A DNA stretch of 64,000 bases from Octopus vulgaris (Eukaryota), in NCBI GenBank assembly GCA_951406725.2, contig OX597824.1, forward strand, positions 58,962,001 to 59,026,000. Reading direction: 5' to 3'. This document shows, piece by piece, positions 38,616 to 51,184 of this stretch. The notes under the pieces are model-generated. The model worked only from the letters and a program-made list of their open reading frames with translations, was not told where the DNA came from and ran no database searches. The position numbers were made by a program, and so were the translations under genes. Position 1 is the stretch's first letter. Every line of letters begins with the position of its first letter.

Positions 38616-41152
38616 CAGGAGCTGGACAAAATAATGGAAACACCTTAACATTTCAAACAAATGTCTCTTAATATGGGATAGGACCACATTTGGCAGTAAT
38701 TACAGCTTGAATTCTACGAGGTATAGACTCGTACACAATTTGAATTGTTTCCAAAGGAATTTTTGTCCATTCTTCGGCTAAAACTGTTTCCAGTTCTTGT
38801 GATGATGGTGGAGGATATCCACTCCTTATTTGCTTTTCTAAAATGCACCATAAATTTTCAATAATACTGAGATCTGGAGACTGTGGTGACCAGATAAGAT
38901 GTTCAACTTCACTAGAATGTTCCTCGTGCCATTCAGTAACAACTTTATCAGTGTGAATTGGTGCATTATCATCCTGAAAGGTTACGTTTCCCTCCGGAAG
39001 CAGCTCCCGAAGCATAGGATGAATTTGATCGGATAAAATACTTAAATAGTATTGACTATTAATTATGCCATGAGGGGAAACCAATGGGCCAGCGGATTTC
39101 CAAGATATAGCCCTCCAGACCATTACAGATCCTCCTCCATGTGGTTCAAGAAATTTTGGTTAAACAGTTGGAAGAAGGCAGTCTGGGTCAAATGCTTCTT
39201 TTCGCTGTCTCCACACGTATACTTGGCGGGTGGTCGGAAATAAGATAAAGGATGACTCGTCCGAGAAAATAGCATTCTTCCACTGCTCAAGGGACCAATT
39301 CTGTAGGTTTTTACTCGACTCTAAACGCTTTGCAACGTTTGTTTTTGAAAGTAGTGGTTTTCTGATTGCAGCCTTCACTTAAAATCCGGCTTTTGCGCAA
39401 CTACAGGGGAACAGGTTCTCGAGGTGGTCATAAAGCTCTACAGTAATATTAGGAGCTGTACTTTTGTGATCGTTTCTAACAATTCGCGTAAGAGTCCGAC
39501 GGTCCTTATCTGAAAGTTTTGATTTTCTTCCGGAGTTTTGTTTCGACGTGGAGGTTTTTCCCTCTTTCTCAAAGGCTGTCATTGCTATCGAGACTACTTC
39601 TTGATACACCAGACATTTCGGCTGTTTTCGTTACGCTAGCGCCAGCCATACGAGCACCAACAATTTGACCTCTTTGAAAATCCGATAGATCTGACATTTT
39701 AATGAATTTTAAGTACCTTTCTCTGAGGATTTCTGAAAAGAAACAATTATTTTAGCAAAACATATTAAGTAACACCAACAATAAATAAAAAAACCATAAA
39801 AATAAACTAGCTTTTAACGCTTTTATATTAGGTTGTCAAGAAAGTTCTTACGGTTTTTAACCTTTAAATTCAGATGCAAATATCCCGGCTCAAACAAAAC
39901 TTTATTAATCGAAATAAATACAATCAGAATCAACACACTTTTGCCAACGCGAAACAAGCTTATTTATGCCAGTAGCGTAAAAATCCTGCGATCTGGTGGC
40001 GATGAAGTCGTTGAAGACGTGTTTGGCATCGTCTTGGTTTTTGAAGCACTTCTCACGCAGGAAGTTGTCGAGATACTTGAAAAAGTGGTAGTCGGTTGGC
40101 AAGAGGTCTGGTGAGTATGGCGGATGAGGCAGAGTTTCGTAGCCCAATTCGTTCAACTTCCGCAGAGTCAGTTGTGCGACGTGCGGCTGAGCGTTGTCGT
40201 GGAGAAGAATTGGTCCTTTTCTATTGACCAATGCTGGCTGTTGTTGTCGGAGTTTCTTATGCATTTCATCCATTTGCTGACATTACTTCTCTGCTGTAAT
40301 GGTTTCACTTGTATCCAAAAAGCTGTGATGGATGAGACTGGCCACAGACCACCAAACAGTTATCATGACCCTCATTTGGTGCAACTTTGGCTTCGGGATG
40401 TGCCGTGGGGCTTCGTCGGCGTCCAACCACTGACCTGAGCGTCGCTGATTGTCGTAAAGAATCCACTTTTCATCGCAAGTCACAATCCGGTCGAGAAACG
40501 GGTCGTTCTTGTTGCATAAAAGAAGGGAAGACGACACTTCAAAATGACGTTTTTTTTTTGTTTTGGGTTGTCGTTAAATTCGTGCGGCACTCATTTCTCA
40601 AGTATTTTTGTTTTTCCAATCTCTTTCAAGTGGTTGGAAATTGTTGTTTACGTTACGACTAATTCAGAAGCAGGCTCTCGAACAGTTGTGCGTGGATTAG
40701 TTTCGACTAAGGCTCTTAGTTGCTCGTTGTCAGCATCCTGTGGACGACCACTATGATTATTTTCTTCAAGACTCTCGCCACCGCTACAAAATTTCTTGAA
40801 CCACCATTGTGCTGTACGTTCATTAGTGGTTCCTGGGCCAAACTCATCGTTGATATCGCGAGCTGTTTCAGCCGCTTTTCGGCCTATCTTGAACTGGAAT
40901 AAGAAAATTGTGCGAATTCGCTTTTTGTCCATGTTGTATTCAACGTTCCGGAAAAAATGGCCTAAAGGGAAAAGAGTAACATGATTAGATAGAGCGAAAA
41001 ACGGGCTTTAAAATGATATAAAATTAATTTGAAAATACATAATTTAAAACCAAAATTTTAAATTCCACAAGAATTTTCTTCACAACCTAATAGATATTTC
41101 TAAATTATCATGCTATGATGCAAGATGTTTCCATTATTTTGTCCGATCCCTG
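38616..41152 (-). mobile_element. Tc1 (DD34E-type) transposon, both TIRs, decayed transposase
   Basis: TIRs CAGGAGCTGGACAAAATAATGGAAAC / GTTTCCATTATTTTGTCCGATCCCTG-TA; motifs IFSDES, FQDDNAPIH, SPDLSIIENLW. Confidence 0.95.
39828..41090 (-). mobile_element. Full-length mariner (DD34D-type) nested in the Tc1 5' region
   Basis: TA-TTAGGTTGTCAAGAAAGTTCTT ... AAGAATTTTCTTCACAACCTAA-TA; motifs TCDEKW, HDNA, YSPDLLPTDYHFF split over three ORFs. Confidence 0.97.
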
Positions 41153-41226
41153 TATACATGCACACACATATACATATGTATACATACACACACAGTCATA
41201 CATACATACATGCATAAATACATACA

Positions 41227-41258
<32 letters not shown>

Positions 41259-41550
41259 ATCACTGAATTATAAAATTATAAATAAGGAGGATAGTATCTA
41301 ATTAAAGAATGATTTAAGAATATCTGTATGCACGATAAATGCAGATTACATAATCATCGTCATTATAATTATCAACCTCTTTATCATTACCATAATCGTT
41401 TTCACCAATAGCAATCCGTCTTCATCATCATTATCAACATCATTGTCATTACCCTCTTTTATTCTCTCTCTTATCTGTGAACATGCACATAAATCTCTCA
41501 CTGTCCCTTTATTATCACACACACACACATGCACACACAAACACAAACAC

Positions 41551-41581
<31 letters not shown>

Positions 41582-41596
41582 CGTATATGCATTTAT

Positions 41597-41652
<56 letters not shown>

Positions 41653-41654
41653 TC

Positions 41655-41679
<25 letters not shown>

Positions 41680-41686
<7 letters not shown>

Positions 41687-41971
41687 AAAACATATAAGGA
41701 TCATATAGTTTCGGGCCTTATAGATTTATAACATACACTTCACATTTACATCAAAATTCTTGGTTGATCATAATGGGCAGCATAATTGAAGCATCACATT
41801 GAGAGAAGAAAGATGGACGCTTCTATGCTCGTTATGTCGGTATGATGATCACAGAATTTTGATGTAACATGTCCTGTGAAGCTGTTGCAAGAAGACTACA
41901 TATTGTTATAATCTGTCTAATAAGGCGCTATGTACCGCTGAATCTTCCATCATGTTTTATTTTATTTTGAT

Positions 41972-41972
<1 letters not shown>
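41680..41972. mobile_element. Diverged relative of the 35157-35430 element
   Basis: AAAATAAAAACAT...GGCCTTATAGATTTATAACA and AATCTGTCTAATAAGGC...TGTACCGCTGAATC...CATCATGTTTTATTTT inverted ends; TA flanks. Confidence 0.7.
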
Positions 41973-42014
<42 letters not shown>

Positions 42015-42017
42015 TAT

Positions 42018-42065
<48 letters not shown>

Positions 42066-42067
42066 GT

Positions 42068-42207
42068 ATGGGCGTAGGATTGGCTGTGTGGTAAGAGGAT
42101 TGCTTCCCAACCACATGGTTGCGGGTTCAGTTCCACTCTGTTGTAGTTTGGTCAAGTATCTACTACTATAGTCTCGGGCCGACCAAAGTAAGTAGATTTG
42201 GCCGTTT

Positions 42208-42267
<60 letters not shown>

Positions 42268-42476
42268 GCGTGTGTGTGTGTGTTTGTGTGTCTGTGTTTG
42301 TCCCCCCACCATCACATGACAAACGATGCGGATGTGCTTACGTTCCTGTAACTTAGTGGCACATGTGACAGATAGAATAAGTACTACTCTTACAAAGAAT
42401 TAGTCCTAGGGTCAATTTGCTCTACTAAAGGCGGTGCTCATGCATGGCCGCGGTCAAATGACTGAAGCGAGTAACA
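42068..42476 (+). mobile_element. SINE family B with central (TA)/(TG)
   Basis: Head GGCTGTGTGGTAAG...GGGTTCAGTTCC; tail CATGGCCGCGGTCAAATGACTGAA. Confidence 0.9.
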
Positions 42477-42814
42477 TAGTATATGTGTGTGCCTTGTTGT
42501 TGTTGTGTGTGTGTTTGTATCTATGTATATGTATGTATGATATATGTATATATATATATATATGCATATATATATATTCACACACATACATATAAGTATA
42601 TATGTATATATATGTATATATATATAAACAGCAGTTTGCAATGCTTTCCCAAAAATGAGAATTACAAATGGCAATAAATGCGACTAGGGTGTTAGGAAAC
42701 ACCGACATTGCTAGAAATAAAACCTAAACCGCTCTAATGCTGTAGTCAACGCACATGAATGAAAACATATATTAACAGGGAACATGGGCCTCCGAAAAGT
42801 GCCGATCTAGAATT

Positions 42815-42865
42815 CTTAATACTAACGCGTTAGTTTCGGCAATTTCCTTTCCCTCATCAGTTAAG
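42815..42865 (-). ncRNA. Type I hammerhead ribozyme with intact core
   Basis: Reverse strand CTTAA-CTGATGA-GG...CC-GAAA-CTAAC GC GTTAG-TA-TTAAG: all core bases canonical, 5-bp stems I and III, weak stem II. Confidence 0.85.
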
Positions 42866-42996
42866 ACAGCTCGGCTTCGGCTCTTTTCGAACTCGCTCGC
42901 CATTAGTATTTATGTTTTACGTTATCCAAATAATCGGATGTGTTTTTATGAAATTAATATAACCAGCAGTTTGCAATTTTCACCAATATATATAAT

Positions 42997-43829
42997 AGTA
43001 ACATATAATTGCCAACCAAGTGTGGTGTCCTATACGGGAAAGTTCTACTGACATTTATAGCCCCAGGAAGACATCTCTTCCAGCTGGTTAACGACACATA
43101 TTCTGTGTCCAGTTAGAATTTGCAAGGAGAGGTCATCGCTTCCATCTCTAGTGTTACGTGATACACACAGATTCGAGTTTCTGAGTGGCTAGCCGTCCTC
43201 AGCGTGTATTAATCATCAGCTAAGGATGAAGACTCATTCCATTCGCAAAAATACTATGTGCTTTTTCCAGCGATGAAATGTCGCTGACCGCTAAAAAGGA
43301 GAAATAAGATATATTAAATCTCTGAGCGAGATATAAACAGTAGCAATACGGAATCGTAACATATTATTGCCAACCAAGTGTGGTGTCCTATACGGGTAAG
43401 TGCTACTGACGTTTATTGCTTCAGGAAGACATCTCTTCCAGCTGGCTAATGACACACAATCTGCGTCCGATTAGTATTTGCAAGGGGAGGTCATCGCTCC
43501 GATCTCTAGCCTCTGACTGGAAAAAGCATATAGTATTTTGCGAGAGGAATGAGGAATGAGCTGGAGATTAACACACGCTGAGGACTGGTAAGCACCCAGA
43601 AACTCGAGTCCATGTGTATCACTTATGGCTAGAGATGGGAGCAATGAATTCCCCTCGCAAAAACTAATCGGACACAGAATGTGTGTAGTTAGCCAGCTGG
43701 AAGCGATGTCTTCCTGGAGCTATAAACGCGAGTAGCACTTTCCCGTATATGACTCCGCACTTGGTTGGTAATTATATGTTACGATTCCGTATTGCTACTG
43801 TTCATATCCCGCTCAGAGATTTAATATAG
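42997..43829. mobile_element. Three copies of a pseudo-LTR-like unit (two minus, one plus) with hammerheads
   Basis: Copies about 42997-43270 (-), 43310-43511 (-, truncated) and 43516-43829 (+). Confidence 0.85.
43571..43617 (+). ncRNA. Type I hammerhead motif (second copy 43162-43209, minus strand)
   Basis: ACACACG-CTGAGGA-CTGG...CCA-GAAA-CTCGAG-TC-CATGTGT; palindromic stem III. Confidence 0.75.
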
Positions 43830-43840
43830 CCTATATATAT

Positions 43841-44290
43841 CAGTGGCAATTCCGGCACTCGGGCTGATCGGGCTTAATAAAGTGAGCGTGTATTTGTAAG
43901 CTGATTTCATTTCAGCCAACACTGACTTCAAGTGTGTAATTCCAGCCAATAACTCGGGCTCCTTTTATTCAGCCTGGTGGCAGTTCATTTATTTTCCTTC
44001 AGCGTCTGGTGGTCGGCTTAGAGGTGCCCTGTGTCAAAAATATCACTCGCAGCAGATGATCTCTCAACATCGTTCACACGCGCCTAACTCGGGCTCAGAA
44101 GTTACAGCCCGAGTTTTTAGCTATAAACGTAAACATTTTAAGTAATTCAAATTCAATGTTTTCTTGAAACAATAAATTTCTATAGAAATTAGGATTTAAA
44201 TTGCAATCTATGAAATGTTTCCAGTCAACAATATTCTTAAAGGAACGAAAAATTATCCGGCAACTCGGGCTAATACGAACGAGCCTGACA
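43841..44290. mobile_element. Probable DNA-transposon end with ACTCGGGCT subterminal repeats
   Basis: Starts CAGTGGCAATTCC; ACTCGGGCT/AGCCCGAGT occurs at least five times; partner TIR not found. Confidence 0.45.
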
Positions 44291-44522
44291 AGTGTAAGAG
44301 ACTAACTGGCATCTCTTGTCAAGAGTGCAGAAGACAGTCAGATCGCTGATGTTTATTGTGCACTCCGCTGTTGTTATTCTGTGCGTCTGTGTGTAAAGAT
44401 CAGTTGTGTATTGCAGGGTTGCTTAAGACGTACTATTAGATATAAAAAAGAAATAAGCCATTTAGGGCTAGACGAAGTCTCTGATGAGCCCGAGTAACGC
44501 TGATGGTCTGGAGTCGTCTCTG

Positions 44523-44610
<88 letters not shown>

Positions 44611-44710
44611 ATACTCGGGGACGTTCATTTTCTTGGAAATTGAACACACGCACTATTTATTCAATCTTCGCTTTAGTTTTTATTCGTATTATCTTTCAAT
44701 TATTACATAT

Positions 44711-44752
44711 GTCAGAGTACTTTCATCACACATCTGTGGCCTCATCAGTGAC
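44711..44752 (-). ncRNA. Minimal type I hammerhead in a solo pseudo-LTR (about 44606-44775)
   Basis: Reverse strand GTCA-CTGATGA-GGCCAC AGATGT GTGAT-GAAA-GTAC-TC-TGAC. The unit shares AACACACGCACTAT with the 20888 pseudo-LTR. Confidence 0.75.
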
Positions 44753-44777
44753 TCTCTTTCCCATGAGTCTCCTCATG

Positions 44778-44876
<99 letters not shown>

Positions 44877-44885
44877 AGAGAAAAA

Positions 44886-45512
44886 AAGTAGTGTTTAACG
44901 CCACTTGAACACTAGTGTTCCCTAGGAACCGACGATACTGCTATTTTAACCTCAGGAGGACACTTACTGATTATTCAGTGCATAGTATATTGCAAGCGGG
45001 AGAGAACACCCGGCTGTTTTATCCCTGAGACCATGAGACCGTACGGTTTCGACCTATTTATGGTTATCCTAGTTCATGGATACTCGTCCGCTAGACATAC
45101 CAGTAGTTCACTCCAGCCCGCAATATGTTGGAAATAAGTGACATACAGTCACTGAACTTGCATCAAGCAAATTAACTAGTTAGGAAAATGTCTATAACAG
45201 ATCAAAGCAGTATTTATACTGCGAAGTAGTGTTTAACGCCTCCTAAATACGGGTGTTCCATAGGAACCGACGATATTGCTATTTTATCCCCATGAGGAGG
45301 CCTCCTTCAGCTGGTTATTCACTGCACACTGCGCTCGATATATATTGCAAACGGGGAGAAAACTCCGTACGATTGTAGCCCCGAGACCACCTGTCCATAC
45401 GGTTTGGATTTCCTTATGGTCATCTTCTATCATGGATACTCATCCACTGGATATAGTAGTATCGTAGGTTATTAAGGAACACCCGTGTTTAGGCGAAGTT
45501 AAACATTACTTT
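44886..45512. mobile_element. Tandem ~340-bp unit plus inverted end, with degenerate hammerheads on the minus strand
   Basis: AAGTAGTGTTTAACGCC at about 44886 and 45224, inverted copy at 45460-45512. 45031-45079 (-): CCATGA...GGTC-GAAA-CCGTACGG-TC-TCATGG with mutated CUGA. Confidence 0.7.
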
Positions 45513-45976
45513 GTATTAATACTGCTCTGATCTCTTACAGAGGTTTTCATAACCAGCTTTTATACACATACACGCATGCACGCACGCACACACACACAAT
45601 GTTACTGGTATGTCAGAAACCTTTCCAGTTTTGTTTCAGAATTTTCAGGCATCCTAAATGCATGCGTCAGTATCATCACCTCGGCTCGAACCAAGACGTG
45701 TGCTCGAAATAAAATGTGCGGGAATTTCGTGGAAACTTGTCAGACTGTGCCTATAATCTAAGGAATATGTTTGTCGCTCATTAATTCTTCTTGAAGGTTA
45801 CATTGAAGATAGATGTGCCTGAGGGATACTCAGCCACTTTCAATATGAAGTGTACTTGTGAATTAAATTACTAACATTGTTACGCAAAACTATACGTTGG
45901 TTCTACTTGAGGATTACACTTAATACATAAATATCTGGGCAATACTCTGTCAATATATATATATATATATATATGT

Positions 45977-46051
<75 letters not shown>

Positions 46052-46104
46052 CATATATACATATATGTATGTATGTATGTGTATATGTATATATATATAT
46101 ATAC

Positions 46105-46157
<53 letters not shown>

Positions 46158-47028
46158 TAGATATTTAGCAGAAGTAACAGAGTGGCTGAATGTGCTAGAG
46201 TTTCGTCTCTAGCATAACCATTCCTATACATGTGTGTGTGAGCGCGCGTACGTGCGTGCATGTGTGTGTTTGTATGTATATATATATATATAGAATGACT
46301 GAAACATATAAACGATAAAAGATAAAACATTAGCACCTATAATTCTTTTAAAATCCAGCTTTGTGAAACACGCTAGCCATTCCTTCTCGCTACATGTTAC
46401 ATTAAATGTACCCGCATAAACTATGCTTCCATAAACATTTGCATAAAATAAAAATTTGTAGAATTTAATTTAAAAATAGATTACAATATTCACCATAGCA
46501 ACTACCATTAGAACTATGACTGTATACAATGTATCACTGTGACAACCAACGTGAGGTCTTCAAAGGCCTTAGTTGAAAGTTGAAGTACAATATTCACCAT
46601 GACAACCGACGTGAGATCTTTGGAGGACATAACTTACAACTATTACCACAAAAACAGCTGTTGAAATATGAGTTAGGGTTGCAGCGATATTTCTTTTACT
46701 AAACTCTTATATAAGATGTATGTGTAAATACTAGTATGTGTGTGTGTGTGTGTGTGTGTTTACTGGTTTCTTAGTGTGGATATGTGTGTTTACTAGTTTC
46801 TTAGACTTTCTCTCTATTTGTCTACCTGTCTGTCTGTTTCTCTCCCTCTGTGTATACACATATACACACCTATATGTATGTATACGTACATACATACACA
46901 AACACACATAGACTTTTGTCTTCATATATATGTGTGTGTATGTGTATACGCACATACTTATATACATACGCACGTACTTATATATACATATGCACATATA
47001 GTGAGTGGTAGATAGACAAATAGATACG

Positions 47029-47067
<39 letters not shown>

Positions 47068-47303
47068 TTCGGTCTTTTCTATCGAATTTCTTCAGATATT
47101 TCAATTACTTTGCAATCTTAAAACCTCATTCTTCCGTTTAGTAAAAGAATGACAAATGGAAAAAGAAATGGAAGCGTCTAACTGGAACTAAAATATCATA
47201 TAAAATATCCCACAGTAACCACTGCGCATGCGTTTCATCTAATGTTGTAAGCGATATCGGAAAGCAATTGTTCTGAATCTTTTCTCTTTTTGTTTTGTGT
47301 TCG

Positions 47304-47423
<120 letters not shown>

Positions 47424-48358
47424 TTTTTTGTTTCTCATTCAGAAAAGGAAATTGAACTCAACAATCATTTCCATTGTTTATTTTTCTTCTCTTTTTATTT
47501 CCTATTCCTTGTGTGACATATATAGGGGAATAGTTATTTTAAAACTCTCATGAGAGTGAAAATTGAGATGAGGCACCGGGAGAAAGCCTGTACATCAACT
47601 TTTAATCTGGCCATATTGGATTTCACATACTTATATTTATTGGGGAGTGTTGCCAGGCGCAGATAACTCGCTGTTATGCATACTACAACGTTACGGTCGA
47701 TACTCGGCTGGTTTTGTCGATGATTAATAGAAAGCTTAAAGGACGAAATATATGTTTTTATCTTTTTCCTAAAGTTTCGCTTTGTGGTTGGAGAAGTGAG
47801 TGCAACTTCGATTAGATTTCTGCCTGATAAATGAAATGGCAGGGTGTATGATGGAGACTAGGAATTTATCAGGGAACAACAATTTTCCTCGCCTCAGTTC
47901 CACTTAGCTGGATAATTTCCACAATGCACTTCTAATTGCGAGTCTAACTGTGATAGAGCAGCATCATATCCAGTGCTTTCAATGTGCATCTAATGTATTT
48001 CACTTTCTTTTTAGCAAATCAATGAGTCAGACGTGGTTTATCGATTTGCTAGAAATAGCACTCAAGCTTCTTTAACAGTATAAGAGCAGTATTTATGATA
48101 GAGTTCTAGATGTATTATATCTGGAATGTTTACATACATTTATACACATATAAATATGGGGGGGTGCACGTGCGTTCGTGTGTGTAGGTATCACTATGTA
48201 TATACGTGGCTGTGTGTTAAGAAGCTTGCTTCCCAACCACATGGTTCCGGGTTCCGTCCCACTGCGTGGCACCTTGGGCCAGTGTCTTCTACTATAGCCT
48301 CGGGCCAACCAAAGCTTTGTGGGTGGATTTGGTAGACGGAAACTGAAAGAAGATCGTC

Positions 48359-48402
<44 letters not shown>

Positions 48403-48791
48403 TCTTTACTCTTTTACTCTTTTACTTGTTTCAGTCATTTGACTGCGGCCATGCTGGAGCACCGCCTTTAGTCGAGCAAATTGACCCCGGGACTTATTCT
48501 TTGTAAGCCCAGTACTTATTCTATCAGTCTCTTTTGCCGAACCGCTAAGTGACAGGGACGTAAACACACCAGCATCGGTTGTCAAGCAATGCTAGGGGGA
48601 CAAACACAGACACACAAACACAGACACATACATATATATATACATATATACGACAGGCTTCTTTCAGTTTCCGTCTACCAAATCCACTCACAAGGCATTG
48701 GTCGGCCCGGGGCTATAGCAGAAGACACTTGCCCAAGATGCCACGCAGTGGGACTGAACCCGGAACCATGTGGTTGTTTAGCAAGCTACTT

Positions 48792-51040
48792 TATTTCAAA
48801 ACATTTGCCATAAAGGCAGTACACAGATTAAGTTAGCTTTGCGGGCTGGACGAGGACATTAATGAGGTGAATGATAATGAAAGAAAGATGATAAGGATGG
48901 GAGAAGACAAAAAGCGCCTGCCGACTTTCGCTTCTCTAAAACATTGTTCTTTTTAAAGATAAACACAAAACGAGGTATTAAACCTCTTACAATTTTTCCA
49001 ATTTTTGGACTTAGCAGTCCATTATTAATACAAAACGAGGTATTAATCCTCTTACAATTTTTCAATTTTTGGACTTAAGTCCATTACTAATAATACATAT
49101 CGTCCTCGAAATAGCTTGTGCCCGCGCCCTCCACCATCAACCACGCCTCCCTCAGAACGTAGTCAAGTTCCGAGTTCGCGTCGCCCGGGACCAAGTTATA
49201 ATCTTCCTTAGCCCAAGCGTCACGTCGAACGTCACGTCGAACGTCACGGCCTCCACAGTTACCTGCGGAGGCCATTCGGGGTCCTGTGTGAAGGCTAAAG
49301 GTGCTCCCTTGTAGTGCTCTTCCATCACTTTTTCAATTTCTCCTCCTCTATAGAAGAGGACCAATACGTTCAGTTCTTTCGTTGGCGGCACAGTTTCCGC
49401 CAACGGTATTCCTTCTCTTGTCGGTGGCACAACCCCAACCGACGTAGTTCCGGGACATTCCGGTGCTACACTGACAGCCGGTAATGTCCCGTTTTTCTTC
49501 CTCTTTTTCTTTTTTTTCCCTTTTCAACTGAGGGAGGGTGCGTCTCCTCCGTGGCTGGAAGATTCGCCTTCCTCTCCTCATCCCTATTATCCTTTGGTGA
49601 GCACCCATTGTTGCTCACCTTCCTCTTTCGGCCTCTGTTTGAGGAGTCCTCTGCTTTCTCGGCCGTTATCGTTCCCTCTTCTAGAGGGGTTTTACTTAAC
49701 TGTTCCGGGATCCTATTTTGTTCCCGAGGACAGTTCTTCTTTATGTGGCCGGACTCCAAACACCGATGACACTTAGGGGGGCGACCCTCAAGCATCACCG
49801 GGTACCTGCACCCGGCCATTTTCAAAAAATCTGGAAGAACCAGATTGGCTGATTGGGTCCACAGGGTCAAAATTGCTTTTGACCCAACCCAAGCAGCCGC
49901 AGGAAGAACTTTTACATTGAGGAGCTTAGTTTCGCTGTCACCCAGACCCCGGCGGATAGTCTCCTCTATCCACTCGGGTTCTATGTCGGATGGCATTCCG
50001 CAAATCCAAGCTTTCATCAATTTCTTTTTTTTGTACGTGGGCAGGAATAAGATTTCCTTACCCTCCAGGGGTTTGCTAGCAAATTTGTAAGCCTCTTCAG
50101 GGGTGTCAAATAGCAACCACACCGTTGCATATTTGACACTCCTGGAAATGAATTTAATTGTTGGCAAATACTCTTCCAACTCCTTTTCAATTGCCGTCTT
50201 TTCGAATAGGGCGATGGTGTCAAGTGCCTTGGAGTAGGTTCTCAACACCACCGTCCCATCTTCACGGTCTTTTAACCACTTTTTAGGTGGTATGATTTCC
50301 CACTCCAAAATTTTGTTATTTTTCATTGCCATGTTTTTTTTTAAATATATTCAAATTAAACTCAAAAGCAGGAAGAAAAAAGTTCAAAAGTCCAAATAAA
50401 ATTTGATAGATTTTTGAAAAAACAAAAAGGAGAAAGCACAACAGAAGGGAAGAAATTAACGGAAAGTCGCAATAAAGAAAAAAAAACAAAAGGGGGGGGG
50501 GGTTTAAATGAAGTTCAAAAGAAAGTTAATAAACAGAAAAAACACAGCAAAAATATTCTGGCCTTGCGGTACTCCCGGCCTGGGTTGAACCTGGAACGCC
50601 GCAACTGCAACACAACCTCCACAAAAATGGGTCCGAAAGGTAATCCAATAGTGGCTTATTTTTATAATTTTCTTGCGAAGTACTCTGACAAGGGAATAAA
50701 TTCAACAAACCCAAACACAGCACTGGCTACCGCTAACGGTAATTTTAATAGTAACTTATTGAATTCTGAGGATACGCCCCTCCACTGTTTTTTCTTTTTT
50801 TTTCAATGAACACAAAAACGGCAGCCGCCGAGAGCAGGCGAAATTGTCTCAGAGTTGGACACAACTTACTGAAATAATAATTGGCACGCAATAAATTATG
50901 CCCAACTCACAATAAACAAAATCACTTACCTCGACAACTTTCCGTTTTTGTTGTTTTTTCTTTAATTGGACGGAGCTGATTGACTCGCGTCCACTCTCGC
51001 TGAACAGGAAGTAAATGACTAACTGCGCATGTGTGTCAGA
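48792..51040 (-). mobile_element. ORF1-only non-LTR retroelement (HAL1-like, Tx1-type) with 10-bp TSD
   Basis: TSD CAAGCTACTT at 48782-48791 and 51041-51050; about 700-bp 5' UTR; gag-like ORF; no endonuclease or RT motifs seen. Confidence 0.85.
49466..50332 (-). CDS. Tx1-type ORF1 nucleic-acid-binding protein with CCHC knuckle
   Basis: 288 aa; EGRPPKCHRCLESGHIKKNCP (CX2CX4HX4C), upstream RRM-like pattern, basic tail. A -1 frame extension runs to 49152. Confidence 0.88.
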   Translation of the reverse strand: MAMKNNKILEWEIIPPKKWLKDREDGTVVLRTYSKALDTIALFEKTAIEKELEEYLPTIKFISRSVKYATVWLLFDTPEEAYKFASKPLEGKEILFLPTYKKKKLMKAWICGMPSDIEPEWIEETIRRGLGDSETKLLNVKVLPAAAWVGSKAILTLWTQSANLVLPDFLKMAGCRYPVMLEGRPPKCHRCLESGHIKKNCPREQNRIPEQLSKTPLEEGTITAEKAEDSSNRGRKRKVSNNGCSPKDNRDEERKANLPATEETHPPSVEKGKKRKRGRKTGHYRLSV

Positions 51041-51073
51041 CAAGCTACTTACCACACAGCCACTCCTGCGCCG

Positions 51074-51131
<58 letters not shown>

Positions 51132-51184
51132 GTCTGTATTTGTTCCCCCACCACGCTTGACAACCGATTTCGGTCTATTTATCA

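Larger units (their letters stand above)
48402..51073 (-). mobile_element. Inner SINE family B (minus), split near its head
   Basis: Body 48402-48791; head ACCACACAGCCACTCCTGCGCC resumes at 51051. Confidence 0.92.

Noticed and set aside
44480-44520. CTGATGAGCCC hammerhead start
   Set aside because: No GAAA or closing stems downstream.
47823-47873. CCTGATAAAT/ATTTATCAGG inverted repeat as a miRNA
   Set aside because: The interior pairs poorly.
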